Virus record (IMG/VR): IMGVR_UViG_3300021433_000004
Span: 1 to 61,396 of that record
Length of the DNA stretch: 61,396 nucleotides
DNA from: a virus
Taxonomy: Duplodnaviria > Caudoviricetes
Reading direction: 5' to 3' (one strand)
In this document: positions 1 through 9,250 of the stretch, one piece after another
How the letters are laid out: every line of letters starts with the position of its first letter
Numbering within the stretch: position 1 is the first letter of the stretch
Made by a program: the position numbers and the translations under genes
Notes under the pieces: generated by a model
What the model was told of the DNA's origin: nothing
What the model saw: only the letters and a program-made list of their open reading frames with translations
The model's database searches: none

Positions 1-1
1 C

Positions 2-148
2 GCGACTTCGGGCTACTACAGCCCTGCCGCGACTTCGGGCGACTCCAGCCCTGCCGCGACTTCGGGCAACTCCAGCCCTGCCGCGACTTCGGGCTACTAC
101 AGCCCTGCCGCGACTTCGGGCGACTCCAGCCCTGCCGCGACTTCGGGC
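2..148 (+). repeat. 27-bp tandem repeat, 5 full units plus a partial (GCGACTTCGGGCNACTMCAGCCCTGCC)
   Basis: Units start at 2, 29, 56, 83, 110, partial at 137. Confidence 0.97.
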
Positions 149-343
149 GAAGAGTCCATCGCCTGCTCCATTGGCGTCCAAGCCACAGCGAAGTCAGCGC
201 TCGGCAACTGGATAGTGCTGGCAGAATATAAAGAAGGCACGCGAGAAGTGCTGACGGTTAAAACGGCCAAAGTGGATGGGAAGAAACTTAAAGCAGACAC
301 GTTTTACAAACTCAAGAAGGGCAAGTTCATTGTCGTAGAGTAA
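2..343 (+). CDS. C-terminal part of 9-aa-repeat (DUF7666-like) protein, continued from 60835
   Basis: Frame 2 open from base 2: ATSGYYSPA repeats then ...GNWIVLAEY...VDGKKLKADTFYKLKKGKFIVVE, TAA at 341-343. Confidence 0.85.
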   Translation, partial: ATSGYYSPAATSGDSSPAATSGNSSPAATSGYYSPAATSGDSSPAATSGEESIACSIGVQATAKSALGNWIVLAEYKEGTREVLTVKTAKVDGKKLKADTFYKLKKGKFIVVE

Positions 344-369
344 CCGCGGGGCTGCCAAGGAGGAATAAG

Positions 370-834
370 TTGAGCGCACCATATTTTGATCCGACGATCC
401 CGATTATCAGCTTGTGGGCACCATGGGCGAATTGGGTGATTCTTGGCTGGAAAACGGTTGAGACGCGGCGACACAATAAGCTAGCTGGGCTAGATGGGAA
501 AATTATTGGCATCCACGTCACACAGCAGTGGGATGACTCAGCCATTGACGCAGCACGGCCGTATCTTACGGAATCACAGCTTTACCGGACGAGTTGCTTC
601 CTGCGAATTGGAGGCGCGATCCTCGGAACTGCTCGCGTCAGGTGGACCAGTAAATCACCTCTCGGCCCAGAATATGCCGCCGCTGCGCTCATTGAATGCG
701 ATACGCCCCGCTACGGGTTGGGCTTAGGAAATCCACAGATAATCGAAGCGATTCCGTGCCGAGGAAAGCAAGGGATCTGGTACTACAGAGATGTAGAGCT
801 GGCTGGGAGCGAGCAGAAGGAGAAGCGAAAGTGA
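370..834 (+). CDS. ASCH domain protein
   Basis: ISLWAPWANWVILGWKTVETR...IGIH...GAILG...IPCRGKQGIW matches the ASCH pattern; GGAGG RBS upstream. Confidence 0.85.
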   Translation: MSAPYFDPTIPIISLWAPWANWVILGWKTVETRRHNKLAGLDGKIIGIHVTQQWDDSAIDAARPYLTESQLYRTSCFLRIGGAILGTARVRWTSKSPLGPEYAAAALIECDTPRYGLGLGNPQIIEAIPCRGKQGIWYYRDVELAGSEQKEKRK

Positions 835-2267
835 GCGTGTACTACAACGAAAACGATCCATTTGCCGCTTCTTGGTTGCAGGAACTCATACAGCGTGGGC
901 TGATCGCCGAGGGGGATGTGGATGAACGATCCATCGCAGACGTGGACGCCGCCGACGTTCGAGGATACGCGCAGTGTCACTGGTTCGCCGGCATCGGAGG
1001 ATGGAGCTATGCGCTCAGACTCGCTGGATGGCCGGACGACGAGCCCGTGTGGACCGGAAGTTGCCCCTGTCAGCCGTTCTCGGCAGCGGGAAAAGGTGAA
1101 GGCTTTGCCGACCCCAGACACCTGTGGCCTCAGTGGTTCCGGCTCGTCCGCGAGTGTCGCCCTGGCGTCGTCTTTGGCGAGCAGGTTGACAAGGCGCTTC
1201 AGTGGCTCGACCTTGTTTCGGGAGACTTGGAAGGTGAAGGTTACGCCATCGGGGCGGCAATTGTGGGCGCACACAGCGTCGGGGCACCGCACCGGAGACA
1301 GCGGATATATTGGGTGGCCGACTACGGGATCGAAGGATGCGGACAAGTCTGTGCGGTCGATGGAGGGAGCGGAGAAGGAAGCCGCGCGGAGGGGATGGGG
1401 GAACGATTTGAATACAGCAGCATTGTCGGCGTGGCCCTCCCCGATGGCAGGCACTCCAGCGCAGAAGGGGTACAACGAAGCGAGGAACAACGATTCGAGC
1501 CGGAGGACGGTGGAGCTGGTAGCGAGTTGGGCAACTCCGAGAGTGGGGAACAACAACGGCTATGGGAACCCGATTCGGTCGAACGACAAAATGTGTCGCT
1601 TGGAAGATCAGGTTCACGGAGTATGGATCAGCCCCCAGGTGAAGGATTGGCGCTCAGGACAGGGGGAACGGTACTTGGAGGGCAAGCACGCGGTATCGCT
1701 GAACGACCAAGCGACCTTGACTCATGGCGATCGCCAGAGTGGCTCCCCTGTCGGGACGGAAAATCGCGGCCAACTCAACCCGGCCTTTTCCCGCTGGCTC
1801 ATGGGATACCCGGTCGAGTGGGACGCCTGCGCGGATACGGCAACGCAATCGTCCCGCAAGTTGCGGCGGAATTCATCTGGGCGTATTTAGACGTGGCTCG
1901 GGAGCGAGCGGGCTTTAGCGCAGCAAAAAGGAGAGAAATGAAAATCGCTGAGAACGTTGCGAAGCGCGTAGGGCAGCAAACGGTTGCGGTCGCCGGTTTA
2001 TGGTTGCGAAAGATGGGCGATCATGCCGAGATGCTGGCCGAGAATCCAGCTACAGGCGAATGGGTGCTGTTGGTTTCAACGCAGATTGAGGGCCAGTTTT
2101 CACACATCTATGAGCCGTCTGGGATCGTTGCCAAGTTCGGACCTAATCCAAGCGATCCCAATCCCGTAATAGGCAGGTGCCTAGCATTCGGCCACGGACT
2201 CACGGATCATGCGCAGAATGGTTTCTGCCGCGATTGGAAGCCGCTTAGCGAAATCGATAACGACTAA
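831..2267 (+). CDS. C5 cytosine DNA methyltransferase (alpha-type chain); no stop before a possible separate gene starting at ATG 1938
   Basis: Motif I FAGIGG, IV GSCPCQPFS, VI EQV, VIII HRRQRIYWV, X RLRGYGNAIVPQVA; GTG 831 overlaps the ASCH stop. Confidence 0.9.
   Translation: MSVYYNENDPFAASWLQELIQRGLIAEGDVDERSIADVDAADVRGYAQCHWFAGIGGWSYALRLAGWPDDEPVWTGSCPCQPFSAAGKGEGFADPRHLWPQWFRLVRECRPGVVFGEQVDKALQWLDLVSGDLEGEGYAIGAAIVGAHSVGAPHRRQRIYWVADYGIEGCGQVCAVDGGSGEGSRAEGMGERFEYSSIVGVALPDGRHSSAEGVQRSEEQRFEPEDGGAGSELGNSESGEQQRLWEPDSVERQNVSLGRSGSRSMDQPPGEGLALRTGGTVLGGQARGIAERPSDLDSWRSPEWLPCRDGKSRPTQPGLFPLAHGIPGRVGRLRGYGNAIVPQVAAEFIWAYLDVARERAGFSAAKRREMKIAENVAKRVGQQTVAVAGLWLRKMGDHAEMLAENPATGEWVLLVSTQIEGQFSHIYEPSGIVAKFGPNPSDPNPVIGRCLAFGHGLTDHAQNGFCRDWKPLSEIDND
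916..1890 (+). CDS. Alternative-frame methyltransferase beta-type chain nested in the MTase gene (start uncertain)
   Basis: 324-codon open frame; four W-x-T/S-P-like segments and motif-IX-like GQLNPAFSRWLMGYPVEW. Confidence 0.7.
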   Translation: MWMNDPSQTWTPPTFEDTRSVTGSPASEDGAMRSDSLDGRTTSPCGPEVAPVSRSRQREKVKALPTPDTCGLSGSGSSASVALASSLASRLTRRFSGSTLFRETWKVKVTPSGRQLWAHTASGHRTGDSGYIGWPTTGSKDADKSVRSMEGAEKEAARRGWGNDLNTAALSAWPSPMAGTPAQKGYNEARNNDSSRRTVELVASWATPRVGNNNGYGNPIRSNDKMCRLEDQVHGVWISPQVKDWRSGQGERYLEGKHAVSLNDQATLTHGDRQSGSPVGTENRGQLNPAFSRWLMGYPVEWDACADTATQSSRKLRRNSSGRI

Positions 2268-2298
2268 ATTCTGACTGGTCAAAAGGGAGGTAGCTAAG

Positions 2299-2418
2299 AT
2301 GGCCCGCTGGCTGATGCAACTGTTCTGCTGGCACGAATGGCGTTACTTTTTTACGGAGCCCGATTATCCAGAATTAGATTACCGGAAGTGCGGCAAGAAA
2401 GAGTTGACCTGTATTTAA
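2299..2418 (+). CDS. Small Cys/His hypothetical protein
   Basis: GGAGG RBS; MARWLMQLFCWHEW...KCGK, 39 aa. Confidence 0.45.
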   Translation: MARWLMQLFCWHEWRYFFTEPDYPELDYRKCGKKELTCI

Positions 2419-2448
2419 ATGAGTGGGGGAGCGCAGGGAGGGGCGGAA

Positions 2449-2652
2449 ATGAGCAAGAGCGTGTTTCCGGTGCAACAAATTAACCGTCGTAAGATTCGCA
2501 CGGCACTGATCGGCCAAGGTCAGCGTATGAGCAACTGGCTGTACAACATGAAGCAAAGCAGCAAAATTCCAGCCGACATTCGAGAAGAGATGCGGTGGCT
2601 GCAAGAGGGATGGGACAGAATCGTCGATGAGGGGAAAGGGGATGCCCGCTGA
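2449..2652 (+). CDS. Hypothetical protein
   Basis: RBS, coupled to the next ORF by a TGATG overlap. Confidence 0.6.
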   Translation: MSKSVFPVQQINRRKIRTALIGQGQRMSNWLYNMKQSSKIPADIREEMRWLQEGWDRIVDEGKGDAR

Positions 2653-2861
2653 TGGCCCTCATAGGCAACGATTTCATCACGGTCACATATCCAGAAACGG
2701 TACGCTGCTCGGAGTGCGGCAAGAAGATCACGGCGGGGCAGCCTGTCCTCGTCTCCAAGAAGGGCGGCAAGGTCCGCAAGCGCATATGCGGCGAGGAGTG
2801 CAGGCTAACTTTCGATGCGAGAGTCTGGGAAGATTTTGCACGACGGAGGGACACCCGCTGA
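2652..2861 (+). CDS. Small zinc-finger protein
   Basis: CSEC...CGEEC; overlapping start and stop with neighbours. Confidence 0.65.
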   Translation: MALIGNDFITVTYPETVRCSECGKKITAGQPVLVSKKGGKVRKRICGEECRLTFDARVWEDFARRRDTR

Positions 2862-3082
2862 TGGCTGCCACTTGCATAGCCAAACTTCTTAATGCTCCAT
2901 ACTTCTCAGAGATTGATGGGCGCAAGCTATGCCAAGGGCAGATGCTCGTATTGCCCGGATTTTGGATGACGGCCAGCGACGGGAATCTTGACGCGCATAT
3001 CTGTGAAGTGCACGCACGCATCGCACTAGAAACACTCCCTCACACCAGTTATCTATCTGAGCAGTTGCGGAGGGTACGATGA
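2861..3082 (+). CDS. Hypothetical protein
   Basis: ATG overlaps the upstream TGA; ATGA overlap downstream. Confidence 0.55.
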   Translation: MAATCIAKLLNAPYFSEIDGRKLCQGQMLVLPGFWMTASDGNLDAHICEVHARIALETLPHTSYLSEQLRRVR

Positions 3083-3279
3083 GCGAAACGCGCAAGCCGC
3101 GACGAGCCTACTGCGGGAAGAGTCGCCCCGTAAAGAAGTACGATCACGTGTGTACTCGCCCTCTTCTCCATCCAGGTCGATGCTTGTGTAGTTGCGGCGT
3201 TCGCTTTAAGCCGACGCATCCTTACAGGGCCAAAATCACGTCAATTACATGTTTGGTGCTCGGAGGAAATTATGACTGA
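3079..3279 (+). CDS. Basic Cys/His-rich hypothetical protein
   Basis: Coupled ORF; CTRPLLHPGRCLCSCG. Confidence 0.55.
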   Translation: MSETRKPRRAYCGKSRPVKKYDHVCTRPLLHPGRCLCSCGVRFKPTHPYRAKITSITCLVLGGNYD

Positions 3280-4324
3280 GATGACAGACAAGAAGCTGTA
3301 CACGCTCACGGAAGAACAGATATTCAGCGCTGCAAGAGTTATCAGATGCAGAGGAGATGCCAATTATGGATCGTCCGAAATCGCGATGATAATCAAATCG
3401 CATGCGGCGGAGGCGCGGGAGGGATCACTGCCCCCAAAGGGCCTGATAAAGCACATGGTCGAGCGGTTTCTTGCATGGAAATTGCCTGAGAATTTCAATC
3501 CCGATGGCGGAATCAGCTTTACCCCGGTGGTCAATGCGCATCGTCCAGAATGGACGTACAAAAACGAACCCAGCGGTACTAATTTACTGGATTACACGCA
3601 AGCTGAGCAGATGGTCCGACATATGCTAGAAGGCGCTTCGTTGGCGGAGGGCTCACTGCGGACGCCAGCGGCCCCAACGTGGATCAGCGTCGAGGACAGA
3701 CTGCCTGAGTTCGCGGGAACTTACATCGTGGCGGTTGATGGACGGGGAGATGATGGGGAAGAGTATATCAGCTCGCTTCCTGCCGATTGGTCTATCAACG
3801 ACAAGCGCTGGCATGATTTGCGGGGATGGGGACACGACGAAGTGACGCATTGGATGCCACTTCCTAATTCCCCGGCGAGGGGCGAGGCGTCCCAGCCTCT
3901 CGATCCGACCGAAGAATTCCTGCCCGATCCGAAGCGAACGCGGCGACTTTCGAGGATAGAGGCCCAGCCTGCTCCGCAACCAACGCCGCCGCTCGCCACT
4001 TTATGCGGCGCACCGATCCAGTTGGCGGGGTTGCCCGCAGCTTCGCCGTGTAAGAAAGAAAGTGGGCACTCCGGGCCGTGTGATCCGTGGACATATCAGC
4101 ACTCGGCGGCAGAGTCTCCAGCGCAACCCTCGCCGGGTAAAATCTGCAAGCAATGTGGGAAGCCGTTTACGGACACAACTATGTGGCAACTGAGGGTAAG
4201 TTGCGATGAGTGCACGTTTGGCGAGGCAGCGGCTTCGCCCAGCCCCACCGACACTCTGGCCCGAGCAGAGAAGGACGAAGGGCTGTACGACTTGCCCACG
4301 CCAGGGAACACGGAGGAAAAGTGA
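3272..4324 (+). CDS. Mosaic early protein with DUF551-like domain
   Basis: WISVEDRLPE...VTHWMPLP signature; Pro-rich linkers; C-terminal CxxC pairs. Confidence 0.8.
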   Translation: MTEMTDKKLYTLTEEQIFSAARVIRCRGDANYGSSEIAMIIKSHAAEAREGSLPPKGLIKHMVERFLAWKLPENFNPDGGISFTPVVNAHRPEWTYKNEPSGTNLLDYTQAEQMVRHMLEGASLAEGSLRTPAAPTWISVEDRLPEFAGTYIVAVDGRGDDGEEYISSLPADWSINDKRWHDLRGWGHDEVTHWMPLPNSPARGEASQPLDPTEEFLPDPKRTRRLSRIEAQPAPQPTPPLATLCGAPIQLAGLPAASPCKKESGHSGPCDPWTYQHSAAESPAQPSPGKICKQCGKPFTDTTMWQLRVSCDECTFGEAAASPSPTDTLARAEKDEGLYDLPTPGNTEEK

Positions 4325-4749
4325 GCGACCGTGAGGTGGTTTTCTGGGGAGCCATGCGGGTTGGGGCGATGACTCGTAAGGCTCCGTCTGGGGCGAGAGG
4401 CCGCCGCGTGCAGATTGCCGCAAGCGCCGCACAGGATGCGTTGCCGTCGCTGATCGGAAGGCTTCTGACTTGTAACCATGACGGCATAGTCTTAGGCCGG
4501 ATTAACCGGGTCCGATTATGCGGAGAGTGGTTATTCATCGCGGGGTCGGGTAAACGGGATTTGCTGAGGCTTCGCCATCAGGGATTGTCATGGAAGGCAA
4601 AAGATTGCCAAGTGTGCTGGCGGTCGAACACGGTGCGCTCGTTCTCTCGCTGGGATGATGTGGCAGTTGTAGTCAATCCCGCATCCCATGGAACCATGCT
4701 CAAAGTCATCGCAGATCGCAAATCGTGGTGGAGGAGATTGCTCGGTTAG
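4321..4749 (+). CDS. Hypothetical protein
   Basis: GTGA overlap with the previous gene, GGAGG RBS. Confidence 0.55.
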   Translation: MSDREVVFWGAMRVGAMTRKAPSGARGRRVQIAASAAQDALPSLIGRLLTCNHDGIVLGRINRVRLCGEWLFIAGSGKRDLLRLRHQGLSWKAKDCQVCWRSNTVRSFSRWDDVAVVVNPASHGTMLKVIADRKSWWRRLLG

Positions 4750-4791
4750 GCTGACCCGATTTCGCCAAAGGGAAGAAAGGAAAGGAAAACG

Positions 4792-5007
4792 ATGAGCGAA
4801 GAGTACAAGAAGTATCGCAGGACGCAGATTGCAGAGATGGCCGACTGGGAGCCGGGATTCGATATGAGCGGAGTTTCTGTATGCGCCCATGACGCTCAGA
4901 ACGGATCGCCCAAGACTGGGGACAAGATCGCCCGCAACCCTGCCAACCATGCTGACCGATGGCTGGTAGCTAAGGAATATTTCGAGGCGAATTTCGCTGA
5001 CTTTTAA
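4792..5007 (+). CDS. Conserved phage hypothetical protein
   Basis: GSPKTGDKIARNPANHADRWLVAKEYFEANF resembles a recurrent small phage family; RBS. Confidence 0.7.
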   Translation: MSEEYKKYRRTQIAEMADWEPGFDMSGVSVCAHDAQNGSPKTGDKIARNPANHADRWLVAKEYFEANFADF

Positions 5008-5046
5008 GACCTTCGCTCGGGTCCGAATAGAGCGGGAAAAGAGGGA

Positions 5047-5451
5047 ATGGGAATGGCCAAGAAAAGCATGTTACAACTGGGTGAGGATTTGAGTTCGCCA
5101 GACATAAGTAAATCGGAATTAACGCACGATGAAACGCTCAGAGCGAACGCCTTGGCGCTGGCCTGCCGCTATTACGTAGAGACAATCTGCAAGGACGGGG
5201 ATCTTTACCGCGAACTGATCCGCGACAACAAAGTGCTGAAGCCCGCTACCTACGTCGCAGTTATTGAAGTCGCCTGTTCTTTTGAAATGTTCATTCGGGG
5301 AGAACTTAACAAAACCGCCGATGCTGTTGTCGGTGGAGCGATGGAGTTCGAGGCCACAGTCGCGGAGCAGAAACTAGCCCATGAGAAGCATATGGAAGAA
5401 CTGGATGATCTCACCAAGGCGGACAGGGAGATTCCTGTTGCAGCGAAGTAA
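5047..5451 (+). CDS. Hypothetical protein
   Basis: 134-aa ORF with GAGG RBS. Confidence 0.65.
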   Translation: MGMAKKSMLQLGEDLSSPDISKSELTHDETLRANALALACRYYVETICKDGDLYRELIRDNKVLKPATYVAVIEVACSFEMFIRGELNKTADAVVGGAMEFEATVAEQKLAHEKHMEELDDLTKADREIPVAAK

Positions 5452-5782
5452 TTGATTTCTTTCCTCGGCTACTAGGCTGAGGGGAGGAGACGTGCGCTCC
5501 GTCGAAGAGTCGCAGAGAGGAGGTGCCAATTGACAAACAAACAAAGGAAGACAACGTTAGCATGGGGTTCCCGATTTGGGACGCTAAATTTGTCGCTACG
5601 GATGGTCGGATTTGTGGCTTTCAACCTGACTATGGCGACAATACTACTACATACAAGCGTTTCGTGGTCGGATGCTCAGATAAACCATCTTCTAACGATT
5701 GACCGCGCCTCGTAGGCCCCGTATCGAGGGCGGAGAAGTATCACGGGGCGCACGCCATAGCATGGAACTGGGAAGGAAGGAA

Positions 5783-5977
5783 ATGGCAATAGAAACGCTC
5801 GAAGATATTGTTGAGAATTTGGCGGACAAGATTGGCGTCTACGGTGCTCACGATGAGGAAAATGAAGAGGTCTGTGACGTGCATCCGTGCCGCTGCTGCT
5901 GGACCAGTAATCTCATAGAGCGTATCTGGGCAGCCGTAAGGACTGAGCAGGCACTAGAACGCGGGAGGGCTTTGTGA
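5783..5977 (+). CDS. Hypothetical protein
   Basis: RBS AAGGA; GTGA overlap downstream. Confidence 0.6.
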   Translation: MAIETLEDIVENLADKIGVYGAHDEENEEVCDVHPCRCCWTSNLIERIWAAVRTEQALERGRAL

Positions 5978-7338
5978 CCGAGGAAGAGGACAGAATCAAA
6001 GCTGCCAAGGAATCATTTCAGAATTGGGCCGAGATGCGCGACCTCGACAAGTTCGGCGGATACGATACTGTTCTTGATTGGACGGTAGAACGGGATAGAG
6101 CCTGGAATATATGGCTCGCCGCACACGAATCCGGGGCCGAGTTTGCCCGCTCCGAGCGCGAAGTCGCTGACACGTCAGTTCCGATCATTCAACGGCTCAA
6201 TGCTGAGAATGCGGAACTACGGAAGGACTCCATCCAACTTAATGAACAATTGAAGTCCGAGCGCGAAGCCGGCAGGAGAGAGGGACTGCTTGAGTGTGCA
6301 ATTGCTATCTGTGAGTGGTGCCGCTTAAATCGGCCATTCGCGGAACCTATCTATGGGCGAAGCTATGAGATGTGGTACATCCCATTTCCTGAGCACCCTG
6401 AGGATTCGCAGAGAGTGCGATGCCAAGCTGAATCAATTCAACAGGTATTGCGGGCGCTAGCGGACAAGGGTCATAATATACTTGCGGAATCAACCCAAGG
6501 GGGCACGGGTGTAACCTCTGAAAGGTTGGTAACGCTAATGGAACTGCTGCGGGTATATGCCAATCGGTATGCCGACTTTGCATATCAACTCGAACTGAGT
6601 TCGAATCTCCTGGACACATCCGATATATGGGCTCCCCAGAACAAAGCGACCTGCGATTTCATAAGAACGCGATTGGAAGCACTGGCCGTCATGTGCATTG
6701 AAGGGGATCTTCCTGTGACGGCCATACCGATTGGAGCCGGCCTGATTGCATTCAAAGAGCATAAAGCCACGAATCCCGTCCTCAAGCATTTGTTGACCAC
6801 GATCAGGGAGAGGCTTGTGGATGAATTATCTACCAAATTGTTTTTTCAGTTGCCACATTCTAGGAAGGAATTGTTCGAAAACCCTCTCAATAAGTGGAGT
6901 GAAGTTATCGAACGATTTGCAGGATGCAGTTTAGATGTAGGCGAAGCCTCAAAATGCTTTGCTCTATCTCGCTACGCGGCTTGTGTGTTTCATTGTGTGC
7001 AAATCATCGAACATGGCCTTTTAGAGTTAGGCACATTCCTAAGCGTCAATGATCCCATCTCTGGATGGACTGCTGTAGCCAATGAACTTAAGAAAATAAT
7101 CAACAAGAAACACGATCAGCGAAGTGATTTTGAGAAGAAACATTTCCAATTCATTGAGCAGATGCAGGGGACCGTCGAAGCCTTAAAAAACGCATGGCGC
7201 AACAAGATCAGCCATGTAAGCGGCCAACGGTTGCTCTTGGTTAGCAGTGAATTCACTCCTGATACGGCAGAAGAAATTATGACGGCTACTCGCGCTTTTA
7301 TGCGACGGTTGACGGAGAGTTTACCTAATGAAAAATAG
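5974..7338 (+). CDS. Chimeric ORF: phage N-terminus fused in frame to a HEPN-like helical protein (own start about 6510-6538)
   Basis: C-terminal EASKCFALSRYAACVFH...WRNKISH (RxxxxH); visibly more AT-rich after ~6470. Confidence 0.65.
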   Translation: MTEEEDRIKAAKESFQNWAEMRDLDKFGGYDTVLDWTVERDRAWNIWLAAHESGAEFARSEREVADTSVPIIQRLNAENAELRKDSIQLNEQLKSEREAGRREGLLECAIAICEWCRLNRPFAEPIYGRSYEMWYIPFPEHPEDSQRVRCQAESIQQVLRALADKGHNILAESTQGGTGVTSERLVTLMELLRVYANRYADFAYQLELSSNLLDTSDIWAPQNKATCDFIRTRLEALAVMCIEGDLPVTAIPIGAGLIAFKEHKATNPVLKHLLTTIRERLVDELSTKLFFQLPHSRKELFENPLNKWSEVIERFAGCSLDVGEASKCFALSRYAACVFHCVQIIEHGLLELGTFLSVNDPISGWTAVANELKKIINKKHDQRSDFEKKHFQFIEQMQGTVEALKNAWRNKISHVSGQRLLLVSSEFTPDTAEEIMTATRAFMRRLTESLPNEK

Positions 7339-7540
7339 TTCCGAATTTGAAAATTTCGATCAAACGATGCGAAAGCTGATGAATGTTCCGCATAGTGAGA
7401 TCAAGGCCAAACTGGACGAAGAGAAAGCGGAGAAGAAGGCGCGGCCAAAGAAAAGAGGGCGGCCGACGAGTTGCTTAAAAAGATGGACGTATCAAGCCCC
7501 GGCAATGCCGGATGGGAAGGGCGCTTCTTTGAACTGCTGA
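7328..7540 (+). CDS. Small basic hypothetical protein
   Basis: EFENFDQTMRKLMNVPHSEIKAKLDEEK; overlaps the upstream stop. Confidence 0.6.
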   Translation: MKNSSEFENFDQTMRKLMNVPHSEIKAKLDEEKAEKKARPKKRGRPTSCLKRWTYQAPAMPDGKGASLNC

Positions 7541-7610
7541 TGTTGTTGGCTGAGGTTAAATGACTCGCGGGCGCTGATCTTCCCATTACTAGGACGGAGG
7601 GGAACCAAGC

Positions 7611-8153
7611 ATGAGAACGGCCGCATATTTATCGCCGGATCGACGCTATCGCTACTGGCTGACTCGGATTTGGGACGACACACTTCCCATGATGTGCGTG
7701 ATCGGCTTGAACCCAAGCACGGCCGACGAAAATGCTGACGATCCGACGATTCGGAAATGCATCGGGTTCGCCGCGCGGTTAGGATTCGGCGGACTGCTAA
7801 TGCTCAACGTGGGTGCATATCGGGCAACCGATCCACGTGAATGGCTTAAAGCTGTCAATCGTTTCGGCCCAGAGAACACGCCGCAGCATCTTCTTGAATA
7901 CATCGCGCAGAACTCCGTGTGCTTGCCTCCCGGCGACATTCCAACAAAGGGCGTTACTCTAGTTGTGGCCGCATGGGGCCGAAACGCCGCTAAATATCAC
8001 CCGGCAGTACGTGCACTGGAAATCGTCCGTGCTATCCCCGACCTTAAGTGCTGGGGCAGAAACGCAGACAGAACGCCACGTCATCCGTTGATGCTGCCCT
8101 ACACAACAAAACTAGAACTTTATGAGTTGGAGGGCAAAAAGGATGGCCGCTAA
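7611..8153 (+). CDS. DUF1643 family protein
   Basis: YRYWLTRIW...GLNPSTAD...DPTIRKC...AAWG...PRHPL. Confidence 0.9.
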   Translation: MRTAAYLSPDRRYRYWLTRIWDDTLPMMCVIGLNPSTADENADDPTIRKCIGFAARLGFGGLLMLNVGAYRATDPREWLKAVNRFGPENTPQHLLEYIAQNSVCLPPGDIPTKGVTLVVAAWGRNAAKYHPAVRALEIVRAIPDLKCWGRNADRTPRHPLMLPYTTKLELYELEGKKDGR

Positions 8154-8835
8154 GACACTGCTGGAAAAATACAGCGCTCCTGAAAGGACAATAATGCATT
8201 TTGATTCTGGCTTTTCTGTCTTAGGCTCGCTACCCGAGTTTTCGACAGATGACATCAAGAACGAGCCGATGCTGTTTTCGGCAGATTTGAACTATGCGAT
8301 AGATCACGGAGGGCCGATTACTCAAGCGTTCTTGCGCGGGCTAACGGGGATGCCGACATCATGCATAATCGACTCCCGCGTACACATGCTCATGACGGGC
8401 TGGTATCCGTGTATTCCGGGATGGCATCTGGATGATGTTCCGCGCACCCGACCGGACGGCCAGCCAGATCACGCGCATCCAGCTTACAAATCCTACAATG
8501 TGATGGCCCTCGTTGGGGATACCAGTGTTACGGAGTTCATCGACGGTAGGCTGGACCTTCAGGATGTGGGGCTATACGAGGGAGCCGTATACGGGCAATG
8601 GAACGCCAGAATCAATGACATGCTGGCGCAACCTAACTGCAATATCGCTATCCGGCAAGTGCCTCAAAGGGCAGTCCTCCACTTCGACTACGGAGCGTTT
8701 CATAGAGGTGTGCCAGCAACAAAGAACGGCTGGCGGTTCTTCATTCGCGCCAACTACAATACTGCCCGCCAAATCAGGAACGAGATTCGTAGGCAGGTAC
8801 AAGTCTATCTTCCCGTTCCAGAATGCGGATGGTGA
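8143..8835 (+). CDS. Putative Fe(II)/2-oxoglutarate dioxygenase-like protein
   Basis: PGWHLD (HxD), distal HRG and WRFFIR fit the HxD...H...R layout. Confidence 0.6.
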   Translation: MAAKTLLEKYSAPERTIMHFDSGFSVLGSLPEFSTDDIKNEPMLFSADLNYAIDHGGPITQAFLRGLTGMPTSCIIDSRVHMLMTGWYPCIPGWHLDDVPRTRPDGQPDHAHPAYKSYNVMALVGDTSVTEFIDGRLDLQDVGLYEGAVYGQWNARINDMLAQPNCNIAIRQVPQRAVLHFDYGAFHRGVPATKNGWRFFIRANYNTARQIRNEIRRQVQVYLPVPECGW

Positions 8836-8836
8836 A

Positions 8837-9250
8837 ATGAAATCCTTATTCATTGTGATGGCGCTGCTGCTGACGGGAACTGTGGCTCAGACTAAACGGC
8901 CGACGGTACCTGTTGGCGCAGACGCGATCTACGTCGATTCCGCCCACAAGTGGCAGTGCATTACGAATGGCGGGACTCCTCACGAATGCACGGATGCGGA
9001 GATTCTGCATGTGCTGCCGAAGCCTGAGCCGATGGACGTTCCAGCGATCAGCCTGCATGATGTGTTCTGTCGTCAGCAGGCCGAGGATATTTTGAACGCG
9101 GAGCGCTACCCGGAGAACGATCACGCTTGCCTCGACGGGGGAAGATCGTGGCGTCGCATTCGCTATATTTGCCTAGACAAGTCTCGCATCCTGCTGACGG
9201 ACGAGGGCGGCGGCAAACATTGTGTAAAGTTTCCGAAGGAGCAACCATGA
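8837..9250 (+). CDS. Exported Cys-rich protein
   Basis: MKSLFIVMALLLTGTVAQ signal peptide. Confidence 0.7.
   Translation: MKSLFIVMALLLTGTVAQTKRPTVPVGADAIYVDSAHKWQCITNGGTPHECTDAEILHVLPKPEPMDVPAISLHDVFCRQQAEDILNAERYPENDHACLDGGRSWRRIRYICLDKSRILLTDEGGGKHCVKFPKEQP

Noticed and set aside
1-148. Terminal repeats as a CRISPR array
   Set aside because: Units are contiguous with no spacers, are in-frame coding, and no cas genes are present
696-830. Upstream extension of the MTase ORF
   Set aside because: Overlaps the ASCH gene; GTG 831 has an RBS and the typical YYNEND start
5530-5715. Small ORF(s) after 5451
   Set aside because: Two competing frames of about 60 codons; cannot choose one from sequence alone
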